This document shows, piece after piece, positions 39,321 to 49,959 of a stretch of 60,287 nucleotides of DNA; within the stretch, counting starts at the first letter, position 1, and every line of letters starts with the position of its first letter. Source of the stretch: Candidatus Kapaibacterium sp. (GTDB taxonomy: Bacteria; Bacteroidota; Ignavibacteria; Kapaibacteriales; UBA2268); the NCBI GenBank assembly GCA_032027125.1, contig JAVSMQ010000001.1, positions 1,234,242 to 1,294,528 on the forward strand, written 5' to 3'. The position numbers and the translations under genes were made by a program. The notes below the pieces were generated by a model. The model had not been told where the DNA came from and ran no database searches. It saw only the letters and a program-made list of their open reading frames with translations.

Positions 39321-41717
39321 ATGAAAAACTTTGTACTTTTTTCTTTTGTCATCTGTTTATTGAGTGTAGAATTGCTGTCTGAGGACAGATTCGTAATTGA
39401 AGGAATAGTCAAGGATAAATCATCAGGTAAAATTATACCCGGAACCGGTATAAGAATTGCTGGTACAAATCGCGGAACCTACACCTCTTCAAAAGGTTTG
39501 TTCAGGTTGTATGTTACTTCGGGAGATACTTTGCTTGTAAAATCAATCGGTTATGCACCTGTCACATCAGTTGTCAAAAGTAATGAAAAGTATGTTTTTG
39601 AATTGATTCCGGTTCCGGTTGTCAAAGGAAATGTTGATGTTACGGCAGAAATAACGGCTCAGCAGATTATCGAAAGGGCTGTTAATAAACGTGATGAAAA
39701 TTTATTAAAATTAAAAACTTTCACAGGTGAACTGTATTCGAAATTAGTTATGGAATTCGGCGGTTCTCTCTTATCTGCAGGAAGCGGAGAAGACGGCAGT
39801 TTCTCACTCTCAACTTCGGTAGGATTGGGGGGAAATGAACCATCCGACAGCAAAAGATTCATAATAATGGAAACTTTCTCGAATGTTCAGAAAGATTATG
39901 AAAAGAAAATCAGCGAAACTACAATCACTAAACGCCGGCAGACTGCAAATGTACCCTCTGACCAAAATTTGATGGCAATTACCGATTTTGTAAGTTTTTA
40001 TGATGACGAGATAGATTTTTTGAAAACAAAAATTCCTTCTCCTGTTGGAACTTACGGGCTTTCGTCATATAATTATACTTTAAAAGAGCGTATTAATCAG
40101 GATGACAAATATATTTATGTCATAGATGTAGAGCCGAAATCAACTTTATATCCCGGGTTTATGGGTGAAGTGCGAATTGTTGAAGGTTCTTACAATATTA
40201 TAGAGATTGACCTGAAACCGAGCAGTACAACGGCTATCCCGTTTTTTGAAAATATTGCTGTCAAGCAAAAATACAGCCAGTCTGAAGAAAAAATCTGGTA
40301 TCCGGCTTTTCTTGATATCACTGCAAAGGCAAAAGTTGAAGTGGTGAAAGGTCTTTTGGATTTTGATGCCGATTTAAAAGCTACAAGTATATTCAGTGAT
40401 GCAAAAATTAATGCAGCCCTGCCGGATTCGATATATACCCGAAACAGGCGAAGCCTCACCGTTTCATCTTTGGCTGATAAAAAGGATACGGTTTTCTGGC
40501 AGAACAACTCGCTTAGAGAATTATCCGAAAAAGAAACCGAGATATATGCCAGAGTTGACAGTGCTGTGAAATCGGATTCATTACAACCTTTCGTTGAAGA
40601 GAATATTTCATTCTCATACTTTACACCTTATTTCGATTTTAACCGTGTCGGTTCAGTATCGCTCGGATTAAGTCCAAGTCTGACGGTGTATGAATTTAAT
40701 TTGAATACGACCGGTTATTTCAGTTTTGGTTTGCAGGACTATTTCGGGAGTGTCGGGCTTGAACTTCCGTATATTAATCTTGACAATGTAATATTTGCTT
40801 TAAGCGGCAGGGTGTATTCGGAGCAGGCTTCATTCGACGGACCAATCGGCAGTTATCCCCGGATAATCAATACTATTGCCGCAGCATTGGTACATGAAGA
40901 TTACAACGATTATTATCAGACTGACGGATTCTCTGTCAATCTCGGAATAAATCACAGAAGTTTGAAATTTAATCTTTCTGCTGACTTTGCAAGAAATTTT
41001 GCTCTGGAAAAGAATACCAATAAATCAATTTTTGAAGATTACAACTGGCGGAAAAATCTCACTGCTATGGAAGGAGATTTTCAAATTGGGAGGGCATCAT
41101 TTTCTTACGGCAGCATCAATACCATTGCAGCACCGGATATATTTGATGCAGAGATAAATCTAAACGGATTTTTAGGAAAGGAAGTCAGTTCAGGGCTGGA
41201 TTTCAGCGGTGCAGCAGGCAGATTGATTTTATCAGTTCCAACGTTCAGTACAGGATATAATCCGATGGTCATGTTCATCACACTTTCCGGCGGTATCACA
41301 AGCCGGGAAACTCCCGTGCAGTATCAGCACCGTATGGGCACAAGATTATTTATGTTTAATAAAATGGGTAATTTCTTCACAGCACCAATTGGTTACTACG
41401 GCGGTGACGAATATTATTCAGCACAGGCGCTGTATAACTTATCGGATTTGTGGTGGCGCTGGCTCGGGCTTCCAACTTATGAAGGCAGAGGATTAGACCT
41501 CACAATCGGCGGAACATTCGGCAGATTTTATAACAACACATCCTCGGTTTACAAATCTACCGGTGATGACGGATATGCCGAAGCGGGCTTTGGTTTTTCG
41601 AGGATACCCACCTTTTTCAGCAATCTGATTTTCTGGTCATTCGACCTAAGATTTGGAATCGGACCTAATGCTGAGGGCAGAACCGGCGGTGCAGTATCTG
41701 TAACACTGCCTTTTTAG
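39321..41717 (+). CDS. Carboxypeptidase-regulatory-like + DUF5686-type outer membrane protein
   Basis: Signal peptide, G.VKD...IPG..I...GT..GT...G.F...SIGY N-domain, FW..N....L...E...Y motif, C-terminal Phe. Confidence 0.75.
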   Translation: MKNFVLFSFVICLLSVELLSEDRFVIEGIVKDKSSGKIIPGTGIRIAGTNRGTYTSSKGLFRLYVTSGDTLLVKSIGYAPVTSVVKSNEKYVFELIPVPVVKGNVDVTAEITAQQIIERAVNKRDENLLKLKTFTGELYSKLVMEFGGSLLSAGSGEDGSFSLSTSVGLGGNEPSDSKRFIIMETFSNVQKDYEKKISETTITKRRQTANVPSDQNLMAITDFVSFYDDEIDFLKTKIPSPVGTYGLSSYNYTLKERINQDDKYIYVIDVEPKSTLYPGFMGEVRIVEGSYNIIEIDLKPSSTTAIPFFENIAVKQKYSQSEEKIWYPAFLDITAKAKVEVVKGLLDFDADLKATSIFSDAKINAALPDSIYTRNRRSLTVSSLADKKDTVFWQNNSLRELSEKETEIYARVDSAVKSDSLQPFVEENISFSYFTPYFDFNRVGSVSLGLSPSLTVYEFNLNTTGYFSFGLQDYFGSVGLELPYINLDNVIFALSGRVYSEQASFDGPIGSYPRIINTIAAALVHEDYNDYYQTDGFSVNLGINHRSLKFNLSADFARNFALEKNTNKSIFEDYNWRKNLTAMEGDFQIGRASFSYGSINTIAAPDIFDAEINLNGFLGKEVSSGLDFSGAAGRLILSVPTFSTGYNPMVMFITLSGGITSRETPVQYQHRMGTRLFMFNKMGNFFTAPIGYYGGDEYYSAQALYNLSDLWWRWLGLPTYEGRGLDLTIGGTFGRFYNNTSSVYKSTGDDGYAEAGFGFSRIPTFFSNLIFWSFDLRFGIGPNAEGRTGGAVSVTLPF

Positions 41718-41764
41718 AATATTTAATTTCTACTCTTTAGCAGTCAAATCCCCCTTTGAAATAT

Positions 41765-42035
41765 TCTGAATCACGGATTTGACAGATTACACCGATGCCA
41801 CGGATTTAAATCAGTGAAATCCTTTAATCCGTGTAATCTGTGATTCTGACAAAGTTAACGTTGTTATATCTAACCTTCTTAAGGTTTCAAATCTTCGGTA
41901 GGTTTCTCGGTTCCATTGATTTAATCCGTGAAATCCTTTAATCCATGTAATCAGTGATTCAGACAAAGTGGATTTGTTTTATGTCCTGCGCCGGTGGAGG
42001 TGTCACGAAGTGACGGAGGTGGATTTGGTTTTAAT
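41765..42035. repeat. Cluster of REP-like palindromes
   Basis: aatcacggatt...aatctgtgatt pair; repeated aatc.gtgaaatcctttaatcc.tgtaatc.gtgattc.gacaaag (41809 and 41923); aaccttcttaaggtt..cttcggtaggtt; gtcacgaagtgac. Confidence 0.7.
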
Positions 42036-42249
42036 CAGATAGAGTCCACTTCAAAGGTGGGCTCCATCTTGTTCGCTCTTTTTTGGTGGTCAGTTGTGCC
42101 ACACTTACAAAGTAGTTGATTTATCACATTTCCGGTTTCCAAAATGAAAAATAGTTTTGAAATTAGTAAAAATATTGTTAAGTTGTTTATAGGTATTATT
42201 AGAAGTCGGAATTAGTTTTATGAATTGCCGGAAAAATTCAGGAATCTAT

Positions 42250-45200
42250 ATGAAAGCGTATTTTCTTTTTTTTATTATAATATTTAATGTTTCTACATTA
42301 TTTGCCCAAAAGGAATATTATAACTGGGATTTTGGGGGTGACAATGTTATAACCTTCAATACACCTGACAGGGAACCTGATATTCTTACTAAAAGTATCT
42401 TAACAACATGGGAAGGGTGCTCATCAATTTCAGATTCAAAAGGTAAGTTTTTGTTTTCTACAAATGGACTTTGGGTATTTAGTTATATCGAAAATCCAAC
42501 AATTATGAAATACAATGACGGTATTTATGACCCAATAACTTTACAAATGAACGGTGGTGTATCTGCCACACAATCTTCAATTATAGTTAAAAAACCGGAA
42601 TCTGATTCAATTTATTATATTTTTACAGTTGGAAGTAAAACCGATCCGAAATGTTCTGAATTAGGTTATAATTATTCAATTATTGATTTAAGTAAAAATG
42701 AAGGTAAAGGTGAAATAATTGAGATCAATAATTTTCTTTATGGACCTTCTACCGAGCAAATTACTGCTGTTAGGCATGGAAACGGTATAGATATTTGGAT
42801 AATAACACACAGAGAAAATTCAAATGTTTTTGAAGTTTTTCTTTTGACAAAAGACGGTGTTAATAAACAAGAAGTTATTTCAAGTTCTGCAGGAACAAAA
42901 TATTCTACCTATGATGGTATCGGATATTTAAAATCAAACCTACAAGGAAATTTGTTAGCAAATGCGGGTTTTAATGATAAAATTATAGAAATATTAAAAT
43001 TTGACAATCTGACAGGCAAAATAAACTTATTAGTTACTGTCAATCTTGAACAGGAAGCAAATGATACTATTGGAAAGCCTTATGGGGTGGAATTTTCACC
43101 TGATAATACAAAATTATATATAAGTTTTTTAGATAGCCCATTTCTATGTCAGTTGGATATCGCAGATTTAAATACAGATTATATTAAAAAAAATATTCAT
43201 TATATCAGTAAATTAGAATCAAGTTATGGAGGACTTCAAATTGCTCCCAATGGAAAAATTTATGTAGTATCAAACTTTAATAAACTTTGCGTAATAAATA
43301 ATCCAAATAGAAAAGGTGATTCCTGTGATTTTTCAATTACAGATATGAAATTCAATTCAAATAACCGGCATTTTGGTCTTCCTAATTTTGTAACCGAAAT
43401 TACTGACTTTTCAATAAAGATAATGTCCAACATAGTATGCGAAGGTGAAGATTTAATTTTAACTGCCATACCTGCTCCTGATTATACAAGTAATAAATAT
43501 TACTGGACATTACCGGATGGTTCAGAATTCATAGGTAAAACAATTAAAATTTCAAATGCTAATTTGACACACTCAGGACTTTATAAGATTAAAGTTGATA
43601 TTAAAGATAGTTTGTTGTATGATTCTATTAATATTGAAGTACACCAACCTCCTTTTGTTAAAATTTCCGGAAATCTGACTTTTTGTAAAAACACATCAAC
43701 TATATTAAGTGCAAATCAAGGCAACGGTTACAAATACAAATGGTCAACAGGTGATACAACTGCAAGCATAATCGTTAAAAAGGAAGGGAAATATATCCTG
43801 ACAATCGAAAATGAATACGGATGCGTTTCGCAGGATTCTGTAATAGTAAGCTACAACAGTGATTTGGAATTTTCTTTGCTGGGTGAAACAAAACTCTGCA
43901 TTGGTGATACACTATTATTAAGTACAGATTTACAGGGTTCCGATTATACTTTCGACTGGTCAACCGGAGAAACAACTCCTTCAATATTGGTAACAAAAGG
44001 CGGAAAATATATCATAAAAGTCAAATCTGATGCCGGATGTGAGGGAATTGATTCAATTATAATCGAAGAATTTGAATCACCTGTTGTCAAGTTTGAAAAA
44101 GCACAATACACAATCTGTAAAGGTGATAATTTTGTACTTAAACCTTTAGAAACCAAACCTGAATATGAATATATCTGGTCTGACGGAATTACAGGTTCGG
44201 AGCGTACTTTCACGGTAAGTGCGGAATTGTATCTAATAGCCAAATCTCAAAACAGATGCACCGATACTGCATTTGTTAAAGTTGAAGTTCTCGAAATGCC
44301 TGTTGCCTCAATACTTGCCGACAAAACAGAAGTATGTTTCGGTGAAAAAATTATATTAACAGCAGAGAATTATAATCCTGAATTTGAATATATCTGGTCA
44401 AACGGAGAGAAAGGAGAAAGTATAAACGTTTCCGAATCAGGCATCTATAAATTAATCGTAACAAATAAAAATCAATGCTCTGATACAACCGAAATTGAAG
44501 TCATAATTCATCCTGATTTAGCATTAGAACTTGAAGCAGACAATACAAATCTTTGTTTTGATGACTCTACAAAAATATTTACAAAAGCAAAATATACTGA
44601 ATATCTCTGGTCAACAGGTGAAACAACAGAATCTATCACAGTTCACGATGCAGGAGTATATCAACTAATCGTAAAAAATGAATTTGGATGCTCGGATTCT
44701 GCTGATATTGAAATATCAAAATTTTATGCAAATGTGACTTTTGATAAAGAGAAGTTAATGTTTGATGAGCTTTGTTTGGGAGATTCTCAAACTCAAAATT
44801 TGAAAATGACAATTGAAACAAATTCAGATTTTGTAGTGAATAGAATTTACACTACATCAAATAATTTTAATGTCATTAATTCAAATTCTTACCTGAAAAC
44901 TTACAAAAACGGTGACGCAGTGGATTTGGAGATAATGTTCAAGCCAAACGATGCAGGAGAATATTTTGATACACTTTTCGTTGAATCCGATGAACCCTGC
45001 ATTTATAAATCAGCAATTCCAATTTACGGCTCATCTAAAGCACTTTTCAGATTTGCACTTCCGGTTATAGAAACAGAAGTAGGTAAAAGAATCGAAATAC
45101 CTGTAAACTCTTCCCTCACCTGCCCGAATGCTGAAAAACTTACGACAGAATACGAAATTACAATTTCGGTTGATAAAGCGTACTTTCAAGCCGACAGTGT

Positions 45201-45732
45201 GAAATTCGGAGATATTATTGAGAATAAAATTGAGGGAAATGACCGCATTTTGAAAATCCAAGCAACAGCGGAATTTGAAAAATTGAACGGTGAATTGAAG
45301 CCTGTTAATATCATTTACGGACAGGCACTCATAGGCAGAAGTGAGACAGTACCGCTGACAATCCAAAATGTGGATTTTCCAAATAATAGGTATTTTCCTG
45401 AATATCAGAACGGCTCTTTAAAAATTGACGGCTGTGTAAATGATTTAAGCGGCATCCAGATATTCAAACCCACAACAATGAAAGTCGCACCTAATCCTGC
45501 TGATGACGACCTGAAAGTGACAGTGGGCACTCAGGAGGAAGGCAGTTTCTCAATCGTAATATATGATTTTCAAGGTCGTGAAGTTGCAAAATCGGAATTC
45601 AAAAGAAGCAACAAAATCTACGAAGAAAAAGACTACACATTCAATATCAACGGTCTTGGTACTGGTGTGTATTCTGTTCATCTAACTGCACCATGGACTT
45701 TGAAAAGAGAGCCGTTGTTGATTGTGAAGTGA
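42250..45732 (+). CDS. Large T9SS-secreted protein (beta-propeller, Ig-like YxWSTG repeats, sorting domain)
   Basis: NW.FG...EG..SISD..G, GVEFSPD, GLQIAPNGKIY, GLPNF, repeated Y.WSTG.TT..I.V...G.Y...GC, VAPNPA CTD. Confidence 0.88.
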   Translation: MKAYFLFFIIIFNVSTLFAQKEYYNWDFGGDNVITFNTPDREPDILTKSILTTWEGCSSISDSKGKFLFSTNGLWVFSYIENPTIMKYNDGIYDPITLQMNGGVSATQSSIIVKKPESDSIYYIFTVGSKTDPKCSELGYNYSIIDLSKNEGKGEIIEINNFLYGPSTEQITAVRHGNGIDIWIITHRENSNVFEVFLLTKDGVNKQEVISSSAGTKYSTYDGIGYLKSNLQGNLLANAGFNDKIIEILKFDNLTGKINLLVTVNLEQEANDTIGKPYGVEFSPDNTKLYISFLDSPFLCQLDIADLNTDYIKKNIHYISKLESSYGGLQIAPNGKIYVVSNFNKLCVINNPNRKGDSCDFSITDMKFNSNNRHFGLPNFVTEITDFSIKIMSNIVCEGEDLILTAIPAPDYTSNKYYWTLPDGSEFIGKTIKISNANLTHSGLYKIKVDIKDSLLYDSINIEVHQPPFVKISGNLTFCKNTSTILSANQGNGYKYKWSTGDTTASIIVKKEGKYILTIENEYGCVSQDSVIVSYNSDLEFSLLGETKLCIGDTLLLSTDLQGSDYTFDWSTGETTPSILVTKGGKYIIKVKSDAGCEGIDSIIIEEFESPVVKFEKAQYTICKGDNFVLKPLETKPEYEYIWSDGITGSERTFTVSAELYLIAKSQNRCTDTAFVKVEVLEMPVASILADKTEVCFGEKIILTAENYNPEFEYIWSNGEKGESINVSESGIYKLIVTNKNQCSDTTEIEVIIHPDLALELEADNTNLCFDDSTKIFTKAKYTEYLWSTGETTESITVHDAGVYQLIVKNEFGCSDSADIEISKFYANVTFDKEKLMFDELCLGDSQTQNLKMTIETNSDFVVNRIYTTSNNFNVINSNSYLKTYKNGDAVDLEIMFKPNDAGEYFDTLFVESDEPCIYKSAIPIYGSSKALFRFALPVIETEVGKRIEIPVNSSLTCPNAEKLTTEYEITISVDKAYFQADSVKFGDIIENKIEGNDRILKIQATAEFEKLNGELKPVNIIYGQALIGRSETVPLTIQNVDFPNNRYFPEYQNGSLKIDGCVNDLSGIQIFKPTTMKVAPNPADDDLKVTVGTQEEGSFSIVIYDFQGREVAKSEFKRSNKIYEEKDYTFNINGLGTGVYSVHLTAPWTLKREPLLIVK

Positions 45733-45850
45733 AAAATGTTGGGAATTCTAATGTGAATATTTAAATTTAATAATTATAGCGGATTTTAAAATTCTAAACT
45801 AAATTATTTAATTTAACGTTTGAAAATGATATTAGAGTAAAGAAGAACCT

Positions 45851-46021
45851 ATGAAGAAGAATGAGGATAAAGTAAAAGATTTTCATGCAGTTGAATTTAT
45901 GAGAAAGGTTAGAAGTGAGCTTACTGAACTGTATTTAATTGATAAACCAAAATATTTAGAACAATTAAATGAAGCAATGCTGGAATTTAAATTAAGACAA
46001 AAGAAAGCCTTCAATTTATAA
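45851..46021 (+). CDS. Small 56-aa protein (orphan antitoxin-like)
   Basis: Manual translation MKKNEDKVKDFHAVEFMRKVRSELTELY...; F.AV.FMR.VR motif resembles the 8785-8934 product. Confidence 0.55.
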   Translation: MKKNEDKVKDFHAVEFMRKVRSELTELYLIDKPKYLEQLNEAMLEFKLRQKKAFNL

Positions 46022-46030
46022 GGTAGCAAC

Positions 46031-46105
46031 GCTACAGATTTGTATTCCGTCCATCTGACCTCACCGTGGACTTTGAAAAGAGAGCAATTGGTGATAGAGA
46101 AATGA
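46031..46105 (+). pseudogene. Remnant 3' end of a paralogous T9SS gene
   Basis: ATDLYSVHLTSPWTLKREQLVIEK* versus GTGVYSVHLTAPWTLKREPLLIVK* at 45658-45732. Confidence 0.8.
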
Positions 46106-46117
46106 CATCACAAATTT

Positions 46118-46150
46118 AACAGTCCAACACAAATCAGGTGTTGGACTGTT
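46118..46150. terminator. Bidirectional terminator hairpin
   Basis: aacagtccaacac-aaatcag-gtgttggactgtt between convergent genes. Confidence 0.8.
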
Positions 46151-46179
46151 TACCTGATTTTTTGTCATATTTCAGCGTT

Positions 46180-47016
46180 TTAATTGAAACCAAATAACGA
46201 TAACTTTTTCCTTATAATCCAATTGCCGGATTTGATATACAGAAAATATATACCGCTCCTTAATTCCTCAAGATTAACGTATGAATTTTGGTTTTTTAAT
46301 TTCATATCCTTTACCAAACTTCCATTTAAATCGAAAATCTTAAGACTTGTGTTATCATTGAAATCTGATGTAAACCTGATATTGACATTTTTCCCACAAC
46401 TGAAAACCTCCGGATTAAACTGTGAATATTCATCCTGAACATCAGTAGCCCCATCACCGGCGGAAATATTTGCAAGCGGTGTATCTTCGAAGGCGCAATC
46501 TATGATTTGAAGATGTGATGAGTTCGATGGAATTAGAACTCTAACCCAGCCATAGTGAAACTGCCCATTGATTTTGAAACGCAAGGCTGCAAATTTATTC
46601 TCTGCACCGAGCCAATCCGCTTCAAAATACATTGCACTGCTGCCCATACCATTATAGCCGTTTGTCCATATTGACAAATTTTCGGAGATATTATCACCGT
46701 AATTCAACATTACCGGAACTCGGTCATCCACTGTCAGAACTTCGTTTTCATTATGATTCCAACCCGAATAGATTTCACAGACAAAATCGCCTCCCTGAAT
46801 ATTATGATGGAAAGAAAAATCATCAATACCATCTGAATTTAAATCCAAATCATAAATTTTCAATTCATTTTCTTCAACTGCTTCAAGGGTTACATAAATG
46901 TTTAAATGTCTAATGGCTGAAAAAGCAGTATTGGTCATAAACAAGAAAAATGGAATCATTAGAACTACTAACAGGACGATTTTTCTGTAACTGAAAAAGC
47001 TTGAAATAATATACAT
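46180..47016 (-). CDS. T9SS-sorted secreted protein
   Basis: Signal peptide, DLNSDGIDDF, HYGWVRV, I.AG, KIFDLNG.LV...SGIYFL CTD. Confidence 0.8.
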   Translation of the reverse strand: MYIISSFFSYRKIVLLVVLMIPFFLFMTNTAFSAIRHLNIYVTLEAVEENELKIYDLDLNSDGIDDFSFHHNIQGGDFVCEIYSGWNHNENEVLTVDDRVPVMLNYGDNISENLSIWTNGYNGMGSSAMYFEADWLGAENKFAALRFKINGQFHYGWVRVLIPSNSSHLQIIDCAFEDTPLANISAGDGATDVQDEYSQFNPEVFSCGKNVNIRFTSDFNDNTSLKIFDLNGSLVKDMKLKNQNSYVNLEELRSGIYFLYIKSGNWIIRKKLSLFGFN

Positions 47017-47100
47017 AACTACCTCAATTTATTGTTAATTAATTGCATTATTAATAACACGTTAATCACAATAAAGTTACATAAAAGTTAACTTTTTTAC

Positions 47101-48948
47101 TTAGATTGCAAAATGAATTTTTATGCTTTCGAGTTGCTTTTTGTTCAAAATTTTTGATAATTCCGATTCAGGTGCTGATTTTATTTTTTCAACAGAGCCG
47201 AAATGCCGGAGCAGTTTATCGGAAGTAATTTTGCCGATACCTTTAATATCATACAAATCCGATTTGATTGTTCTTTTAGAGCGTAACTGCCGATGATATG
47301 TTATAGCAAAACGGTGGGCTTCATCTCTCAGTTTCTGAATCAGTTTAAGACTGCTTGACGTTCTTGGAAGTTGGACGGATTCGCTCTCGCCCGGGAAAAA
47401 TACTTCTTCAAGCCTTTTTGCAAGACCGATAATAGGCACTTTTTTTTCGATACCCAATTTTTCGAGAATTGAATAAGCAGATGAAAGCTGACCTTTGCCG
47501 CCGTCAACAATAATCAAATCGGGCAGGGGTTTATCCTCTTCAATAAGTCTTGAATATCTTCTTTCAACGGCTTCTCTCATAGCAGCAAAATCATCATTTT
47601 GATGTACAGTCTGATTCTTAAATTTCCGGTATTCTGATTTCTTAGGCTGTCCATCCTCAAAATATACCATTGAGGATACTAAATCTGTCCCCTGCAGATG
47701 TGAATTATCAAAACATTCAATTATGCGGGGAGCTTTTGCAAGTCTTAAATCTCTTTGAAGTGACAGCACCGGACGAGGTATTACCTGGTCACGCTTTTCG
47801 TGAGCTAATATATATTCTCTAATCAGATACTCGGCATTGGAGTTTGCCATTTCAATGATTTTTCTCTTTTCTCCAATTTTTGGAATCTGAAAGTCAATTG
47901 ATTTTCCCCGCAGTTTACCGAGCCAGTCTGATAAATACTCTATATCTTCAGTTTCGCAGGGCATAAGAATTTCATAAGGAACATAATCGCTTTCGAGATA
48001 CCATTTTTCCATTGTCCGCTGCAGAATGCTTTCGCTGCTCAAATCTTCAGCATTTTTGATTATGAAATGGCGTTTACCGATTAACTTTCCTTCTCTTACT
48101 TTCAGCACAAGCGAACAGGCAGTATTATCAATTTTTGCAAATCCGAAAATATCTCGATCAATGAGTTCAGAAGAAATTATTTTTTGACGGGATGTATATT
48201 CCTTCAAAATCAGATATCTATTGCGTATAACCGCAGCTTTTTCAAATTCAAGATTTTCGGAATGTTCATTCATTTTCTGCTCAAGAATTTTCTCTACTTC
48301 CCGCGTTCTGCCTTGGAGTATCTGCTGAGAGTGCCGGATATTCTCAGCATAATCATCTCCCGAAATAAGACCTTCGCACGGACCTTCGCATTTCTTGATA
48401 TGATAATCAAGGCAGACCCGGTGCTTTTTTGCTTCAATGGTTTGCGGCGAAATCAAAAGGTCACAGCTTCTAATCAGAAATAATGTTCTTATAATCTTCA
48501 TCATATTATTGACCTGACGGAAATCAGTATAAGGACCGAAATATTTTGAGCCGTCTCTTACAACTGTCCGCGTTATGAAAACTCTGGGATATGGTTCGTT
48601 TGTAATTCTGATGAAAGGATATGTTTTGTCATCCCTAAGTAATATATTATACTTAGGCTTATGATTTTTTATGAGATTATCTTCAAGCAGAAGTGCTTCA
48701 GTTTCGGAATCAACAATGATATATTCTAAATGTGCGATATGAGTCAGAAGTACTTTAGTTTTGGCATCGTGATATTTATTCTTTAAAAAATATGATTTTA
48801 CACGATTGCGGAGATTTTTTGCTTTACCAACATAAATAATCTTGTTTGAAGAATCGAAATATTGATATATTCCGGGCTTAGTCGGCAAATTTGCGACTTT
48901 ATCACGGAACTCATCATTCGGATAATTATGTATTTTTTCTTCTGTCAT
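47101..48948 (-). CDS. uvrC: Excinuclease ABC subunit C
   Basis: PGIY...IYVGKAKNLR.RV.SYF, IECFDNSH, DGGKGQL, RDEAHRFAI, HhH tail. Confidence 0.98.
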   Translation of the reverse strand: MTEEKIHNYPNDEFRDKVANLPTKPGIYQYFDSSNKIIYVGKAKNLRNRVKSYFLKNKYHDAKTKVLLTHIAHLEYIIVDSETEALLLEDNLIKNHKPKYNILLRDDKTYPFIRITNEPYPRVFITRTVVRDGSKYFGPYTDFRQVNNMMKIIRTLFLIRSCDLLISPQTIEAKKHRVCLDYHIKKCEGPCEGLISGDDYAENIRHSQQILQGRTREVEKILEQKMNEHSENLEFEKAAVIRNRYLILKEYTSRQKIISSELIDRDIFGFAKIDNTACSLVLKVREGKLIGKRHFIIKNAEDLSSESILQRTMEKWYLESDYVPYEILMPCETEDIEYLSDWLGKLRGKSIDFQIPKIGEKRKIIEMANSNAEYLIREYILAHEKRDQVIPRPVLSLQRDLRLAKAPRIIECFDNSHLQGTDLVSSMVYFEDGQPKKSEYRKFKNQTVHQNDDFAAMREAVERRYSRLIEEDKPLPDLIIVDGGKGQLSSAYSILEKLGIEKKVPIIGLAKRLEEVFFPGESESVQLPRTSSSLKLIQKLRDEAHRFAITYHRQLRSKRTIKSDLYDIKGIGKITSDKLLRHFGSVEKIKSAPESELSKILNKKQLESIKIHFAI

Positions 48949-49091
48949 AAACCGTTAACTAAAACAACTCAATTTCAATTAATTATAATAACGAAATAGG
49001 AGTTGAAATTATGGAAAAGCGGATAGGAAATTTAATAATGAAATCATTTTACACAGTAGATATATTCACTTATAAGCAGTTATTCAACTTT

Positions 49092-49436
49092 TCATTCATA
49101 ACCCAATGTTAAAAGTACAGTTGTTTCTAATTCAAATAAAGTTGTTGAATTTAATTTGCTTATTTTCTTTTTAATTCTTGTCTTATCAATAACCCGAATC
49201 TGATGACATAAAGCAACTGAAACTTCTTCAAGTCCGCTTTCATCAGGTATAATTTTCAAACAGGTTGGAAGAACTGCCCTTTTTAGGTTTGTTGTAAAAG
49301 GTATTATAATTAATGTTGATGAATATTGAATTATGTCATTATTTTGAAAAATGATGACCGGTCGTATGCCTGATTGCTCAGAGCCTTGTACAGGATTTAA
49401 ATCTGCTATACAAATATCGCCACGCTCAAATATCAT
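49092..49436 (-). CDS. mazF: MazF/PemK toxin
   Basis: RGDI..ADL.PV.GSEQ.G.RPV...QIRVIDK.R. Confidence 0.92.
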   Translation of the reverse strand: MIFERGDICIADLNPVQGSEQSGIRPVIIFQNNDIIQYSSTLIIIPFTTNLKRAVLPTCLKIIPDESGLEEVSVALCHQIRVIDKTRIKKKISKLNSTTLFELETTVLLTLGYE

Positions 49437-49660
49437 AATAAATCTTCTTCAAGTAATCCTTTATTATATTCAGCCATTCCATATTCTGCAAGAGCACTGT
49501 CTTCATTTTTGAATTTATTTAAAGAATCATTTACTTTCATATTCGATTTTTGAACACGTGAACGAATTTTTAAAAAGGAAGAGAAATCAGCCAACTCCAT
49601 AAGCTGCTGCTCGTTTAAGAATTCAAGGTTCTCTTTAATTCTTTCTTTAATAGCTGACAT
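49433..49660 (-). CDS. Putative antitoxin (DUF2281-like) for MazF
   Basis: L.EQQL.EL.DF..FL...ED.ALAE.GM.EY; ATGA overlap with the toxin. Confidence 0.7.
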   Translation of the reverse strand: MSAIKERIKENLEFLNEQQLMELADFSSFLKIRSRVQKSNMKVNDSLNKFKNEDSALAEYGMAEYNKGLLEEDLL

Positions 49661-49900
49661 TATAAATCTCATAACTTAATATTATAATCATTTTTTACAA
49701 ACGTGTTATAATTTCAAATATTTTGTTTATTTGAGTACTTTCTGTGTTGATGAAATCAGTACAATCAGATGAAAAAAATAATTAACTCAATTATGAGGGG
49801 TTTGGTAGTTGCCGGAAAACCATTTATTTACAAATAAACGGACAAAATAACAATAAATAATGATAAATCATTTCATTAGTATCATTAAAAAAATCAAACA

Positions 49901-49933
49901 AAAAACCCCTGATGTGAAAACAAACAGGGGTTT
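49901..49933 (-). terminator. serC terminator
   Basis: aaacccctg ... caggggttt hairpin with an A run on the plus strand. Confidence 0.75.
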
Positions 49934-49959
49934 AAATAAATCTTTAAAAAAAAAACAAA

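Noticed and set aside
45658-46105. DGR template/variable repeat pair
   Set aside because: Differences are largely third-position and not adenine-specific; no reverse transcriptase is present.
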